A stretch of 64,000 bases of DNA from Lama guanicoe (taxonomy: Eukaryota): the NCBI GenBank assembly GCA_013239625.1, contig MU053379.1, positions 3,392,866 through 3,456,865 of the forward strand, written 5' to 3'. Position 1 is the stretch's first letter. Each line of letters starts with the position of its first letter. Both the position numbers and the translations under genes were made by a program. Under the pieces are notes generated by a model. The model saw nothing but the letters and a program-made list of their open reading frames with translations, had not been told where the DNA came from and did no database searches. This document shows positions 51,050-62,492 of the stretch, one piece after another.

Positions 51050-53150
51050 CGTTGTAAAATTAATGATACTTAAATGCTGTGATGTAGAGTCAATACATCT
51101 TATGTTACATGATAAGAGGATAAGTGAGGAAAGAAAACAAAGATATTTGCTTTGTACACACACACCAACAAACACATTCATAGCAAAATAAGAAGGAAAT
51201 ATGGCAGTTACAGTGCTGGTTTCTGTAGGTGGTCGCTGGCTCAAGGCTGGTGTTCAGAACCGCCTCCTTCTTTGCCAACACCACATCCCCCTTGACTTCA
51301 TCAAGTGCTTTCACTGGTCTCGGTTCTAGACTTGGATGGGGTGGCCCACACCTTCACTCTGGAAGGGTCTGAGCCATTAAGCAGTCCTGCCTGAACTGGG
51401 CTGTGGCAGCTCTTCGCTGAGTTTAATCACCGGGCATGGCAGAACTAAGAGAAGCCCCTAGGCATCTCCGGTCTCCCAGGCGTACTCTTCATCTCTTCTG
51501 AGGAGCGTCAGCCCCTTTGCCCCTGGTATTCAGGATCAGTTGCCCCAGTCAGCACAGTAACTCCCTCCCTGAGTGTTGATTCAGAGGCAGGCGGAGCCTG
51601 AAATGACCCAGGTGGCAGTCAACTTCCAGGTCAATGGAATCAGTGTGTGTCTCCTGGGGGAGCTATGACTTTCCTCCCTTTGAAACTAAGACCTCTAGAT
51701 CAGCAGAGTATGCAGTTGAGGGAAAAGGAAGCAAATATTTGGCTAGTAGGTCACTAGGGGTAATAGTGACAGGTGCCACTCCCAATTCCCGCCCTTTCCG
51801 GAACCCATGGCTTCTGACTGTGGGAGAAGAGCAGCAAATACGGGGCACGTACAGCCTCCTGGAGACCTTTGTCCAGCTCTGTAAGGTACTGCCACCCAAC
51901 TGGCCCTGTAATAGGGTCTCCAAAAGGTCATTCCACGGCTCTATCAGGCCAGCTGCTTTGGGGGGGGTCATGGAGAGACGGGGAATTTCATAGACACGGG
52001 CCATTGCTGCACTTCACTGCTATGCAGTGAGTTCCCTGTCTAGGGGCGGTGCTGCTTGGAATACCAGGCTAGTGGATAAGGCACCCCGCAATTCCAAGGG
52101 TGGCGGTTTTGGCAGGAGCACTGTGGGCAGGGAAGGCAAATCTGTATCCAGAGTAATCGTCTGTTCCAGTGAGAACAAGATGCTGCCCCTTCCATGATGG
52201 AAGTTGCCCAGAGTAATCAACTGGCCACCAGGGAGCTGGCTGATGGCCCTGAGGAAGGTGCTATATTGGGGATTCGGTGCTGGTCTTTGCTGCTGGCAAG
52301 TTGGGCACACAGCTGCTGTAGCCAGGTCAGCCTTGGCAAAGGGAAGTCTTTGTTTCTGAGTCCATGCATAACCTCCATTCCTGCCACCATGGCCACTTTG
52401 TTCATGAGCCCACTGGGCAACGACAGGGGTGGCTGGGAAAGAGGCTGTTATCCACAAAATGTGTCATGCTATCCAATCGGTTATTAACATCCGCCTCTGG
52501 TGAGGTCATCTTTTGGTGGGCGCTGACATGAGACACAAATATGTTCATGTTTTTCACCAATTCAGGGAGGTCTGTTCATGCACCTCTTGCCCAGACCTCC
52601 TTGTCACCGACTCCCCAGCTGTGTTCCTTGTTCCTGACCCTTCCATGCAGCCAAACCACTGGCCACAGTCCAGGAGCCAGTATCACATGCTGGCTATTTC
52701 TCCTTCCAAGTGAAATGAACAACCAGGTGTGATGTTCAAAGTTTTGCTCACTGGGAGGATTTCCCGTCACCTTGTCCTTCAGGGATGTCCAAGAAAGGGG
52801 CTGCAGGCTGCAGCCATCCACTTTTTTTGGGGGGGGGGCTGCATATCCTGCAGAACCATCTGGAAAGTAGGCCCAAGTTTTCTCCTTCCTTACATTAAAC
52901 CAGGGCAGCTCCAGCATTTCTAACTCACTCACTATGGGCCACTGTTTTGTCCATGTTTCAGCCAACTGACCGACCACACCACTAGAGGCCTTCCTAACTC
53001 CCTGAGCCACATCAGATGCAGGACCCCTGCTCTGTGGGCCCGCATCGGAACTCTGGCCTGATACAACTTTAGGTTCTGTCTGCCCTCATCCTGCACCCTT
53101 GGTATCAATTCCCACACATTCTGTGTATAAATAACAAAATCTAGTTCATA
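51050..53150 (-). mobile_element. ERV-L/MaLR internal remnant with RNase H and integrase relics
   Basis: WAYFPDGSAGY (RNase H), AQWAHEQSGHGG...CPTCQQ (integrase HHCC) and AAGLIEPWNDLL (integrase core). Disrupted. Confidence 0.85.
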
Positions 53151-53194
53151 CTTTACCCTTAGCAGACTGCTGGGACTTGAACCGAATTATAGGC

Positions 53195-53640
53195 TGCTGT
53201 AGATAGGGTGGAAGTCTGTGTCCTCCCCAAATTCACATGTTGGAAACCTGACCCCAAGGGTGGTGGTGTTAGGTGGGGCCTTTGGGAGATGACTGGGTCA
53301 TGAGGGCACAGCCTTTGCAAATGGGGTTAGTGCTCTTGTGCAAGACACCTCAAGGGGATCCCTCACCCCTTCGGCCACATGAGAAGTCAGTGAGAAAACA
53401 CCGGTCGGTGAGGCAGCAGACCCTCACCAGACATAGAACCTGCTGGCTCCTTGATCTCGGACTTCCCAACACCCTGAATTGTGAGAATTACATTTCTGGG
53501 TGGTGGGGGTATAGCTCAGTGGTAGAGTGCATGCTTAGCAGGCATGAGGCCTGGGGTTCAATCCCCAGCACCCCTACTGAAAAAAAAAGAAAGAATGTCA
53601 CCCAGCAAACAGTATTTGGTTATAGCAGGTCAAAGATTAT
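53195..53640 (+). mobile_element. MLT1A-type MaLR LTR (split by a SINE)
   Basis: tgtcctccccaaattcacatgttggaaacc...gtggggcctttgggag...ccttgatctcggacttcc...tgtgagaat is typical of MLT1A. Confidence 0.8.
53498..53593 (+). mobile_element. Camelid tRNA-derived SINE interrupting an MLT1 LTR
   Basis: gggggtatagctcagtggtagagtgcatgcttagcaggcatgaggcctggggttcaatccccagcacc plus A-tail. Confidence 0.9.
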
Positions 53641-55576
53641 TTTCTATAATGACAATGAAAAGGAGGCTCTAAAATGAATTTATAACCTTTTACAATCATT
53701 CTGGGTTCTGTACATTTCATATTATTCCTCATATTAATGTAATCCAGATGTCAGCTGGGGGCCTTCCTCTGCCCCCCTGGAGGTCTGGGCAAAAGTGTTT
53801 CAAAACCTCCTGGTTCCCAGCCTGCAGAAGTTCGAAGACTGGCTCAATATTCCCGCTAATTTCCAATGCTTAAAAAATCCCCCTTGCCTCCTCTGGCCGT
53901 TGAACTCTGTTATGTAGCCTGGCACTGTGTTCTAGACCACAGTGACCCCAACACAGGACTCATTCTCTTTTTCAATTTCGACAACAACCAACACCCCCCC
54001 CACCACCACCAGCAAGCCTGAGTCTGGCAGACACCGCTGGAAACCCTGGGCTGGGGAAGGTGTCGCACGCAGCACTTCATCTACATCCTCCCGTCACCTT
54101 TCACGTTTCCCCGCTTCTCTTCCTTTCAGGCCTCGTTTCCAAGCGCCCCAGATTCCAACTTTTGTACCTCTTTTCCTCAAAGCAATGTCAGCCCCTAGGT
54201 GAATTAGCTGTGTATTCCCCGGATTCTGTTACTGGTTTTTTGAACTCTTTAGAGAAACTTAGCCCAAAACAATTTAGGACCAAAGGAGAATTTACTGGCT
54301 CATGGGATTACAGGACGGGTTTACCAACTAAACTGCAGGAAGAGGGGTTCAGTTAAACTCAAAAGCACTGAAACCAGGGAGGACATCTGCTTCTTCCACT
54401 GCAAACTGGTAACAAGCCCTGTTCTCACCTTCCAGCTTTCCGCCAACCGGGAGGGGCTGCCTCGCCTTACTTGTGGCTTGAAGTTCATGCTGGGCAAGGA
54501 CTCTCCATGGCCCAAATGCCCACCTGTCCACCCTCGTTCCAACTACCTACCGCGTATGTGCCCCTAAGAGCGTGGCGCCCTCCAGGGACCCAAATACTCG
54601 AGGAGGGGCTGGTTCTAGGGGGAGTGAGGGATTTCACCACCACCAATTCCCCATAAGAGTTTTGGCTGTCCTTAGGTAAAACACGGGCTAATAGCCTTTC
54701 CTCTAATGTCCACGCCAGCCAGTTTAAACAGGGCGGCATCGGGCCACAGAGGAGGGGCAAGGACCACTGCACGCCAGGTGGCAGGGAGAAGTGCTTTTAC
54801 AGAGGCCGCCAGACGTGAGCCTTTGGGACTGAGTGTGAGTGTCAAGCCACGAGGGGATTCCAGGGAGACGGACTTCCAGGCTTGAGCAAGTGGACCGAAA
54901 TACCCTCCTCTTCCACGCCTCCCTTTTTATATGCTGAAAATATGTATCTGAAGCCGTCAGCAAACAAAGGATAAAAGTATCTTAGTCCAAGGACGGAGAA
55001 TTAAGTGATCTTTACTTGGACTGAAACACAAACTGTGTGAACAAGCAAGTGACTTAACCCCTCTACAACCAACCTGCCTTCTCACCCTTCATAGGAGGTT
55101 GGTAAGAGCACCCTCATAAGGCCCAAGTGACCCACAAACGAGACAACCCCTCAGCCAATGCTTCAGCAAGTTGTAAGCGCTCCAATAAATGCCAGAGAGC
55201 GATGCTAGCGATTATTCTACACTCATAAATGTAACTGGAAGGCCGAATTAGATGCCAAACGCTGGCCACATACCATTTTATAACTGTTTAAAGTGAGTTA
55301 TTTATGCAAACCAGCCATCATTAGTGCAGAATACTTTTAAAAAGTACGTACTGTGGCACAGAACTGAGAGAAACCGGGAAGTAGACGTAACGAGGCCGTG
55401 CAGATGCTTAGATTCTACCGTGACTCGAGGCGGGTGAGAGAGGAGACCAGACCGGCCAAGCCTCCCCGGGCCTGCGGAGCGCGGGCGGGAACTCCCCCTG
55501 AGGGGCGGCCGGGGCGGGGGAAGCTCCGGAGTGGGCTCCGTGCAGCCCGCGCCTCCCCGCTGCGGCCCCAGGCCCC

Positions 55577-55636
55577 GGGCCCCGCCCCGGGCCCCGCCCC
55601 GGGCCCCGCCCCGGGCCCCGCCCCGGGCCCCGCCCC
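55577..55636. repeat. Perfect tandem repeat (GGGCCCCGCCCC)x5, i.e. five Sp/KLF GC boxes
   Basis: Read directly: five exact 12-nt units, each giving GGGGCGGGGC on the minus strand. Confidence 0.95.
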
Positions 55637-55838
55637 ACCGACGTCCTGCCCCAGACGACCCCGCCCAGTCCAGCCCGACCCTCCTTCCCGGCTTCCCTGG
55701 CGGCGCCGCCGTGACCTCACTTCCTGTCGCCGGCGCGCACGTGGGAGGAAGTGCCGGTGCCCGCGGCCCCGCTGCTGCCGGTCTCTCTGGTTACGTCCGT
55801 CCGCGGGCCGCGCCGCCGTCTCTAGCTGCGCCGCCGCC

Positions 55839-55913
55839 ATGGGAGTCCCGGCTTTCTTCCGCTGGCTCAGCCGCAAGTACCCGTCCATCATTGTCAACTG
55901 CGTGGAAGAGAAG
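55839..55913 (+). CDS. XRN2: XRN2 (5'-3' exoribonuclease 2) coding part of exon 1
   Basis: Kozak gccgccATGG. Translates MGVPAFFRWLSRKYPSIIVNCVEEK, the conserved XRN2/Rat1 N-terminus. Donor GTGAGG at 55914. Confidence 0.98.
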
Positions 55914-57789
55914 GTGAGGAGGCGCGGGGCGGCCGCGCCAGAGCCCGGAGCCCCGGCGCGTCCAGGCCGCGGTGCCCGGGGTCCGTCGCCCGCCCCTGGG
56001 CGCCGTGCGGGGGCCCGCGCTCCTCTCCGCCCCCAGCAGCCGAGCCCGACGCGCGCTGGGGCGCGGGCGCTCGGACTCGGGCCTGGGCGGGGGTCCTGGG
56101 CGGGGCGAGGGCCGAGCGGGCTGGAGCTCGCGGGAGGGCTGCTCCCCGCCGCCCGCCGGCTCCCGGGCCGGAAGGCCCCGCCCACGGCTTTGTTCCCTCC
56201 CGCTCGGCGCTGTCGGGGTTTCTGGAGAGGCTCCCGGGCTGTCGGTCGGCGTGCGGCTGGTCGGCTGAGTTAGCCGGTGAGGGTGGCGGGGGTGCCGACG
56301 CCAGCCTCTACCGACCTGGGGAAGTAGTCCCGGCGGCGAGCTCTGCGCTGTTCCCTGGCCCGGCCCGAATGGTTTTCTGCTAGCGGGAGAGGCAGGTCCT
56401 GCGGAGAAGGCGGCGCCTCAGAAACGTCCGGGACAGGACAGCGGTCCCCCAAGTGCCCCTTGTCTAGGGGCCGGCCTGCTGGACCGCATGCCTTTGACAG
56501 TTTCAGAATTCCTGGCGCACCTGAACGGGACACTTGCTGCTGTAGTTTGTCAGTGTTACGTAGACTTCTGGCCGGTTTTGACTTTTGTGTTTATCGTTTA
56601 TGTGGTTCCGTCCGAATTCGATTTTGTACTCTGGATTAGACTATCCGGATTGGGAAGGTTCAGGGCCACATTATGTTCCTCCCTGCTTCGGTTTTGAAGG
56701 ACGTGCTCGTCCGACACGGGGAACTTTTCCCTTAGGCTGGGTGAGATCTTGATTTTGCTTAGAATCCGTCCGAGGAAGAACTGAAAGCCTTGTTCTTATT
56801 ACCTTTCCAGTACTCCGTGTTTTTCTCAAAGAGAAACTGTTAAACTGAATGCTCATTTCCTTTGCTTTTAAAACTTTTATCGAACGTTATTAACTTTACT
56901 TGCGTCTTAACAAATTTCTACTCTCCAGTGATAACCACTTTTAACTATTTTTGGTTTTATTGAATTTTAGCAAGAATAGAAGAGGATGTAGTCCCATACA
57001 CAGCCCTCCCCCCATCTCCTAAGCACTAGCTTCATTTCTCTATTGGTAAACTTTGTAACTTGTGTGTTCTGTTATTTTTTTTAATTCCATCTCCTATACA
57101 AAGTATCTTTTGACTCTTTGCTTTCAAAGGTTAGGTGTTAGCTTTTCTACCTCTGTTGCCCTTCCTGTCAGCTGAGCTTCTGCCTTGCTGGCCGCCAAAA
57201 CGAAGTTGTCAGGCCTCTGGCTATACAGGTTTGTTTTAAAGGCTGAAAAATCAGATGGCATTGGTGATTATTGTCACTGTGTAGATTCACAGTATGTGCT
57301 GTGATTCCGTTTCTTCCCTTATGCCACTCTTGTCTTTTGTTGTGTGGACTGTTTTCCACTACAGCTGGTTCCCCATCCAGACTCTCTTTTATCAGGTGTT
57401 GTATCAAGTCCTCTTTTTAACTGCTTGAGGTCTTTATTCCTGTTGCTGCCATGCTTGGTTATGTAGGCTTGCTGGAAAGCTGCTCCCGGAGATTTTTAAA
57501 AATCCCTTCAATTAGAGGTACAATTTTCTAATCATTATTTCTCTTGGTTTAAAACCTTCCTTGTTTTTTATTTTTACGTGAATTCTTAAGGAGTGTTGTG
57601 TGAGTTTTCTAAGTCCATACTACCCTTGTACACATGAATGATCATGAGCTAGGCAGAGCTTGGGTTTAAAAATACTTCTCCTCAAAACTTTAAAAACGTT
57701 GTTCTTTTGACTTCTGTCGTCCAGAATTGTTGATGAGACGCTGAATGCTAACTTGATTCGTTTGTTTAGGTAGCATTTATATAGTGTTT

Positions 57790-57965
57790 AACATGTGCTG
57801 GGCGTTTTGCAGATTAATTTATTAAATCCTCATAACAGCCACATAACTATTTCTCCTCTTCCTCCTCCTCCTTCTTACAGATGAGAAGACTGAAGCACAG
57901 AGGGCTTGAGTGTGTCTCAAGGTCACGTGGCAAATGTGTCAGAGCCAGTGTCAGAGCCAGGAAGC
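57790..57965 (-). mobile_element. MIR fragment
   Basis: aatcctcataacagcc...ttacagatgagaagactgaagcacagaggg...aaggtcac. Confidence 0.7.
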
Positions 57966-59556
57966 CCCTGGTCTTCATGTCTGTGTTCATTTGCTTTCAT
58001 TCTTTTGTAGTTGTTGTATTTTTCTTTCTGAAATTTGTGAAGCTCTTTATCCTTGATGGCATAAGATTATGTACTTAGGTAGAGACTTTTTTTTTCAATT
58101 AATTTTGATCAGTACTTGACTGACTCTGAGTCTGGAGGCTTGTGGGGAATGCTCTTAATTTTTTTCTTGTTTCTCCTTTTCTCTGTGCCCTCTGTGAACT
58201 CTGAATACCGGTCCTCCTAGATTGATTTATTTTTCTTTTTCCTCTCTTCTCTCCTGCCTTTCCCTCGAGATATAATTGACCTACAACAAACTGCACATAT
58301 TTAAAAATGTAGAATTTAATACATTCTGACTCATGTGTCCGTGAACCTATCACCACAGCCAAGATAATGGCCGTCACCTCTGGAACATTCCTTCTGCCCC
58401 CTGTTGTTGCTCCCCACAAGCCCTCCCTGCTGCCCATCTTTGTTGAGACTGATTTGTTTCTGACTCTCCGTAAGTTTTCATTTTCTACCGTTTTGTATAA
58501 GTGGAATTATACAATATGTATTCTTTTTTTTAACCTTTTAACTTTATTCAGAATAATTATTTTGAAAGTGTTCCATGTTGTTACTTGTATCAGTAGCTTT
58601 TTGGGGTTTTTTTTGGAATAGTATTTTGTGTTGTGCATTTATCACGTTTTGTTTATTCATTCACCTGATTGATGTTTGATGATTTGGGCTGTTTCCAGTT
58701 TTTGGCCATTAAAAAAACTTCTTTGAACGCTGGTATACAACTCTTCGTGTAGGCACGTGCTTTTATTTCTTTAGAGAATACACCTAGGAGTGAATTGGTT
58801 GCATTGTATGGTAGGTGTCTGATTAAAAAAAACTTGCTAGACTGTTTTCCAAAGTGTTTGTGCTGTTTTATTGCCACCAGCAGTGTGTGAGAGGTCTGAT
58901 TGCTCCGCTTCCTTGTCCACACTTAGAATGGTTAGTCTTTTTAATTTTGGCTGCCCACTGTGGTTCGTTCTTGCATTTCCCTAATGACCAAGGGTGGTGA
59001 GCATCTCTTTGGGTGCTTATTTACCTTCCATATATATTCTTGAGTGAGGTGTCTATTCCGATTTTTTGCTCATTTTTAAGTTGGGTTGTTTGTATAATTG
59101 AATTGTAGAGGTTTTTTTTACATATTAACATATGTATTTTTTGCAAATATTTTCTCTTAATCTGTGGCTTGCCTTTTTATTTAGCAGTGCAAAGAAGAGC
59201 AAAGTTTTTAATTTTAGTAGAGTCTGACTTTTATATCCCTGCTTTTTGTGGTATATTTCAGAAATCTTTGCCAAAGCCAAGGTCACCAAGATTTTGTCTT
59301 GTGTTTTCTTAGAGCTGTTTTATACTTTACTTCATCCTGTGCTTTTTTTTAAAAAATTTTTTAAAATGGTGAATCATACTGATTTTTAAATGTTAACTGC
59401 TCTTTGCATTTCTTTGAATTAAATCTCACCTGGTCATGGTGTATTATTTTTATATACTCTTGGAATCAATTTGCCAAAATTTCCTTGAGAATTTTTACAT
59501 TTTTGTTCAAAAAGGATATTTATCTGTAGTGTTCTTGTAATGTTTTGGTCCAGTTT

Positions 59557-59760
59557 GTTTTTTTTTTTTTAGACTTAAAGTTTTTTAATTTTTATTAATC
59601 ATTAGTTGTTTAACTACTGAGAATTTTTATCCTTTCTTTTTGGGGGGCGATAATCCGTTGTTTGTTTGTTTGTTTGTTTAATGGAGGTACTGGGGATTGA
59701 ACCCAGGCCCTCGTGGATGCTAAGCACACGCTCTCCCACTGAGCTACACCCTCCCCTCCT
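59557..59760 (-). mobile_element. Camelid SINE with ~80 nt of extra 3' sequence
   Basis: SINE body at ~59640-59758 (minus strand), then an AT-rich extension and poly(A). TSD GTCCAGTTT at 59548-59556 and 59762-59770. Confidence 0.8.
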
Positions 59761-60741
59761 TGTCCAGTTTTGGTATCAGAGTAATCTTGGCCTCATACTG
59801 AGTTGCGAGGTGTATGCCTTCAGTTTTCTGAAAGAGTCTCTGTACAATTCCTATTACGTCTTCCTTAAATATTTGATAGGATTCACCAGTGAAGCCATCT
59901 GGACCTGACATTTTTGGGGAAGTTTTAGCTACAGATTCAGGTTTTTGGATAACCATTGAGCTATTCAGATTATCTATTTCTTTTTGAATGAGCTTTTGTA
60001 GCTTGTGTCTTTCACATATTATGCTCATTTCATCTAAGTTGCCCATTTTCTTGACAGTTGTTCATAGTATTCCTTATTAATTTTTTAATATTAGTAGAAA
60101 ATGTAGTGATGCTGCTTCTCTCATTCCTGACGCTAATTTTGTCCTTTCTCTTTTGTTCCATTATCAGTCTGGCTAAACTGATCTCAGAGAACTAGCTTTT
60201 GGTTTCATTGATTTTTCTCCATTATTTTTCTGCTGTTTCATCAGTTTCTGCTCTTGTATTTATGACTAATTTCTTATGCTCATTTCGAGTTTAGCTGTGT
60301 TTCTTGTCCTTCTTTCTTGCCTCTGCTGAGTTCGTTGCATAGATGCTGCTTCTCCGAGTGCCGTACGCTGCCTGCCAGCCCTGCGCCAGGAGCGTGCCCC
60401 GCGCACTGACATGTTGCCTTCATTTTCATTCAGTGAACAATACCTGCTCGTGTGCCCTTTGACCCGTTGGTTATTCAGAAGAGTGTTACTCAAGTTTCAA
60501 ATATTTGGAGGATTTTTCAAGCATCTTTTTTCTGTTACTGATTTTTAGTTTAGAGAACCTTCTTTCCATAATTTGAATTATTTTAAAGAACCTACTTTGC
60601 AGCATGTTCGCTACGTGCAGTGGCCCTCCCCTGGTGCAGGCACAGAAGGGGCTCCAGCGCCTTTGACCCAGTGCCAGGTCCGCCCGGCTTCAGAGATTGT
60701 CGAGCAGTGCGGGCCCCGAGTCTCACCGTCTTCACGCTTCC

Positions 60742-60942
60742 CTGGTGACTCAGCCAGGAGCTGCTGTTGAGGCATCCTCCTCCCCCATGACCAAGGGGAA
60801 GGAGCTGACTTGTCTGATGGCCTGTTCCCAGAAACATCTGGAAGATACAGCCAGAGCCCTCCACCATCAGGATGAGCAGCTTGACAGCATAGCCAGAGGC
60901 CTGGACAGGATGGAATCTGCCCTGGATGTGGCTGACAGGTTG
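60742..60942 (+). pseudogene. SNAP47: SNAP47-derived retroposed coding fragment (start of the first SNARE motif)
   Basis: LVTQPGAAVEASSSPMTKGKELTCLMACSQKHLEDTARALHHQDEQLDSIARGLDRMESALDVADRL aligns to recalled human SNAP47 LLSQPGAVADASVPRTRGEELTGLMAGSQKRLEDTARVLHHQGQQLDSVMRGLDKMESDLEVADRL. Confidence 0.88.
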
Positions 60943-60958
60943 TCGCTTTGTAAGCGGT

Positions 60959-61975
60959 CCAAACTGGAAAAGACAAGATAAAATTGTTGCTATATGCAGA
61001 TGACATGATACTGTATATAGAGAACCCTATAAGGTCCACACAAAAACTACTAGACCTAATCAAAGAATTCAGCAAGGTAGCAAGATGCAAGATTAATGTA
61101 CAAAATCAGTTGCATTTCTTTACGCTAACGATGAATCAACAGGAAAAGAAAGTAAAGAAACAATCTCTTTTAAAACAGCACCCAAAGTAATAAAATACCT
61201 AAGAATAAATCTAACCAAGGAGGTGAAAGACTTATACATGGAGAACTACAAAACATTGATTAAGGAAATTAAAGAAGACTTAAAAGAATGGAAAGATATC
61301 CCATGCTCTTGGATTGGAAGAATCAATATTGTCAAAATGGTTGTACTGCCCAAGGCAATCTTCAGATTTAATGCAATCCCTGTCAGATTACCCAGGATAT
61401 ATTTCACAGAACTAGAACAAATCATAATAAAGTTTATATGAAATTACAAAAGACCTAGAACTGCCAAAGCATTAGTGTAGAAAAAGAATGAGGCTGGAGG
61501 AATAACCCTCCCAGACTTCAGACAATACTACAGAGCTACAGTGATCAAGACAGCATGGTATTGGTACAAAAGCAGACATATGGATCAATAGAACAGAATA
61601 GAGAGCCCAGAAATGAACCCACAAACTTTTCGTCAATTAATCTTTGACAAAGGAGGCAAGAACGTACAGTGGAATAAAGACTCTCTTCAGCAAATGGTGT
61701 TGGGAAAACTGGACGGCAGCATGTAAATCATTGAAGCCAGAACACTCCCTTACACCACACACAAAAATAAACTCAAAATGGATCAAAGACTTAAACATAA
61801 GACAAGATACAATAAACCTCCTAGAAGAAAACATAGGCAAAACATTCTCTCACGTACATCTCAGCAGTGTTCTCCTAGGGCAGTCTACCCAAGCAATAGA
61901 AATAAAAGCAAAAATAAACAAATGGGACCTAGTTAAACTTACAAGCTTTTGCACAGCAAAGGAAACCATAAGCAA
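60959..61975 (+). mobile_element. LINE-1 ORF2 fragment (RT YADD motif onward), part of a chimeric insert
   Basis: [31 protein letters not shown] and FSKWCWENW. Frameshifted and lacks an L1 3' UTR. Confidence 0.93.
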
Positions 61976-62010
61976 TACTTTGATTTCTTGAATTTTATCT
62001 TCCTACCCTT

Positions 62011-62492
62011 TGTGAATGAAAAATGTTGCCTGCCATATCAGCAAACAAAGGGTGCTGCATCAGCCACTGCCACAGCCCCCAATGGTGAGCCCAAGGGAAC
62101 TTGGGATGGAGACAACCATGGTGCCCACTGCCAAGCCCTCAGCGACAGAAGCCACCGCTAGTGGTGCACCCTGAGGGGACTCGGGATGGGAAAGATCAGG
62201 ATACTAGCCCTTGGTAGGGAAGGTGCTCATCAAAGGAGTGATTTCGGTGAGCCCAGACTCTTGCATCTTCCCATATGTAGAAAAGCACCAAGTTCATTAA
62301 CTTGAGATAATCTGGTTTTCCTTAATTAACAGTGGTCTTTTGATGTTCTGGCCACCTGGTCTTTGTTGCAAAAACCCCTGTTTACCCTGGCTCCCCCCCT
62401 TCCCTCTTCAGAGCATTCCCTCAGAGCTATCTGAGAAGCTGCCTCCTGCACCTGAAGTCCTCAGAAAGTCCACCTAATAAAATATAATTCTC
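62011..62492 (+). mobile_element. ERV LTR truncated just after its poly(A) signal and followed by an A-rich tail
   Basis: Begins with TG (tgtgaatgaaaaatgttgcctgccatatcag) and resembles artiodactyl ERV LTRs. AATAAA at 62476-62481, then ATATAATTCTC and AAAAAACAAAGAAAAAA; no U5 or terminal CA. Confidence 0.7.

Larger units (their letters stand above)
55370..56560 (+). promoter_or_regulatory. XRN2: XRN2 CpG-island promoter (TATA-less) with ETS-like (GGAAGT/ACTTCC) motifs and GC boxes
   Basis: Very high GC and CpG density around exon 1. GGAAGT-type motifs at ~55377, ~55719 and ~55747. Confidence 0.9.

Noticed and set aside
55398..56273. 291-aa ORF (and antisense 256-aa ORF) across the XRN2 promoter
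   Set aside because: Stop-poor CpG-island artefact. Only 55839-55913 matches XRN2, and it is bounded by a Kozak ATG and a GT donor.
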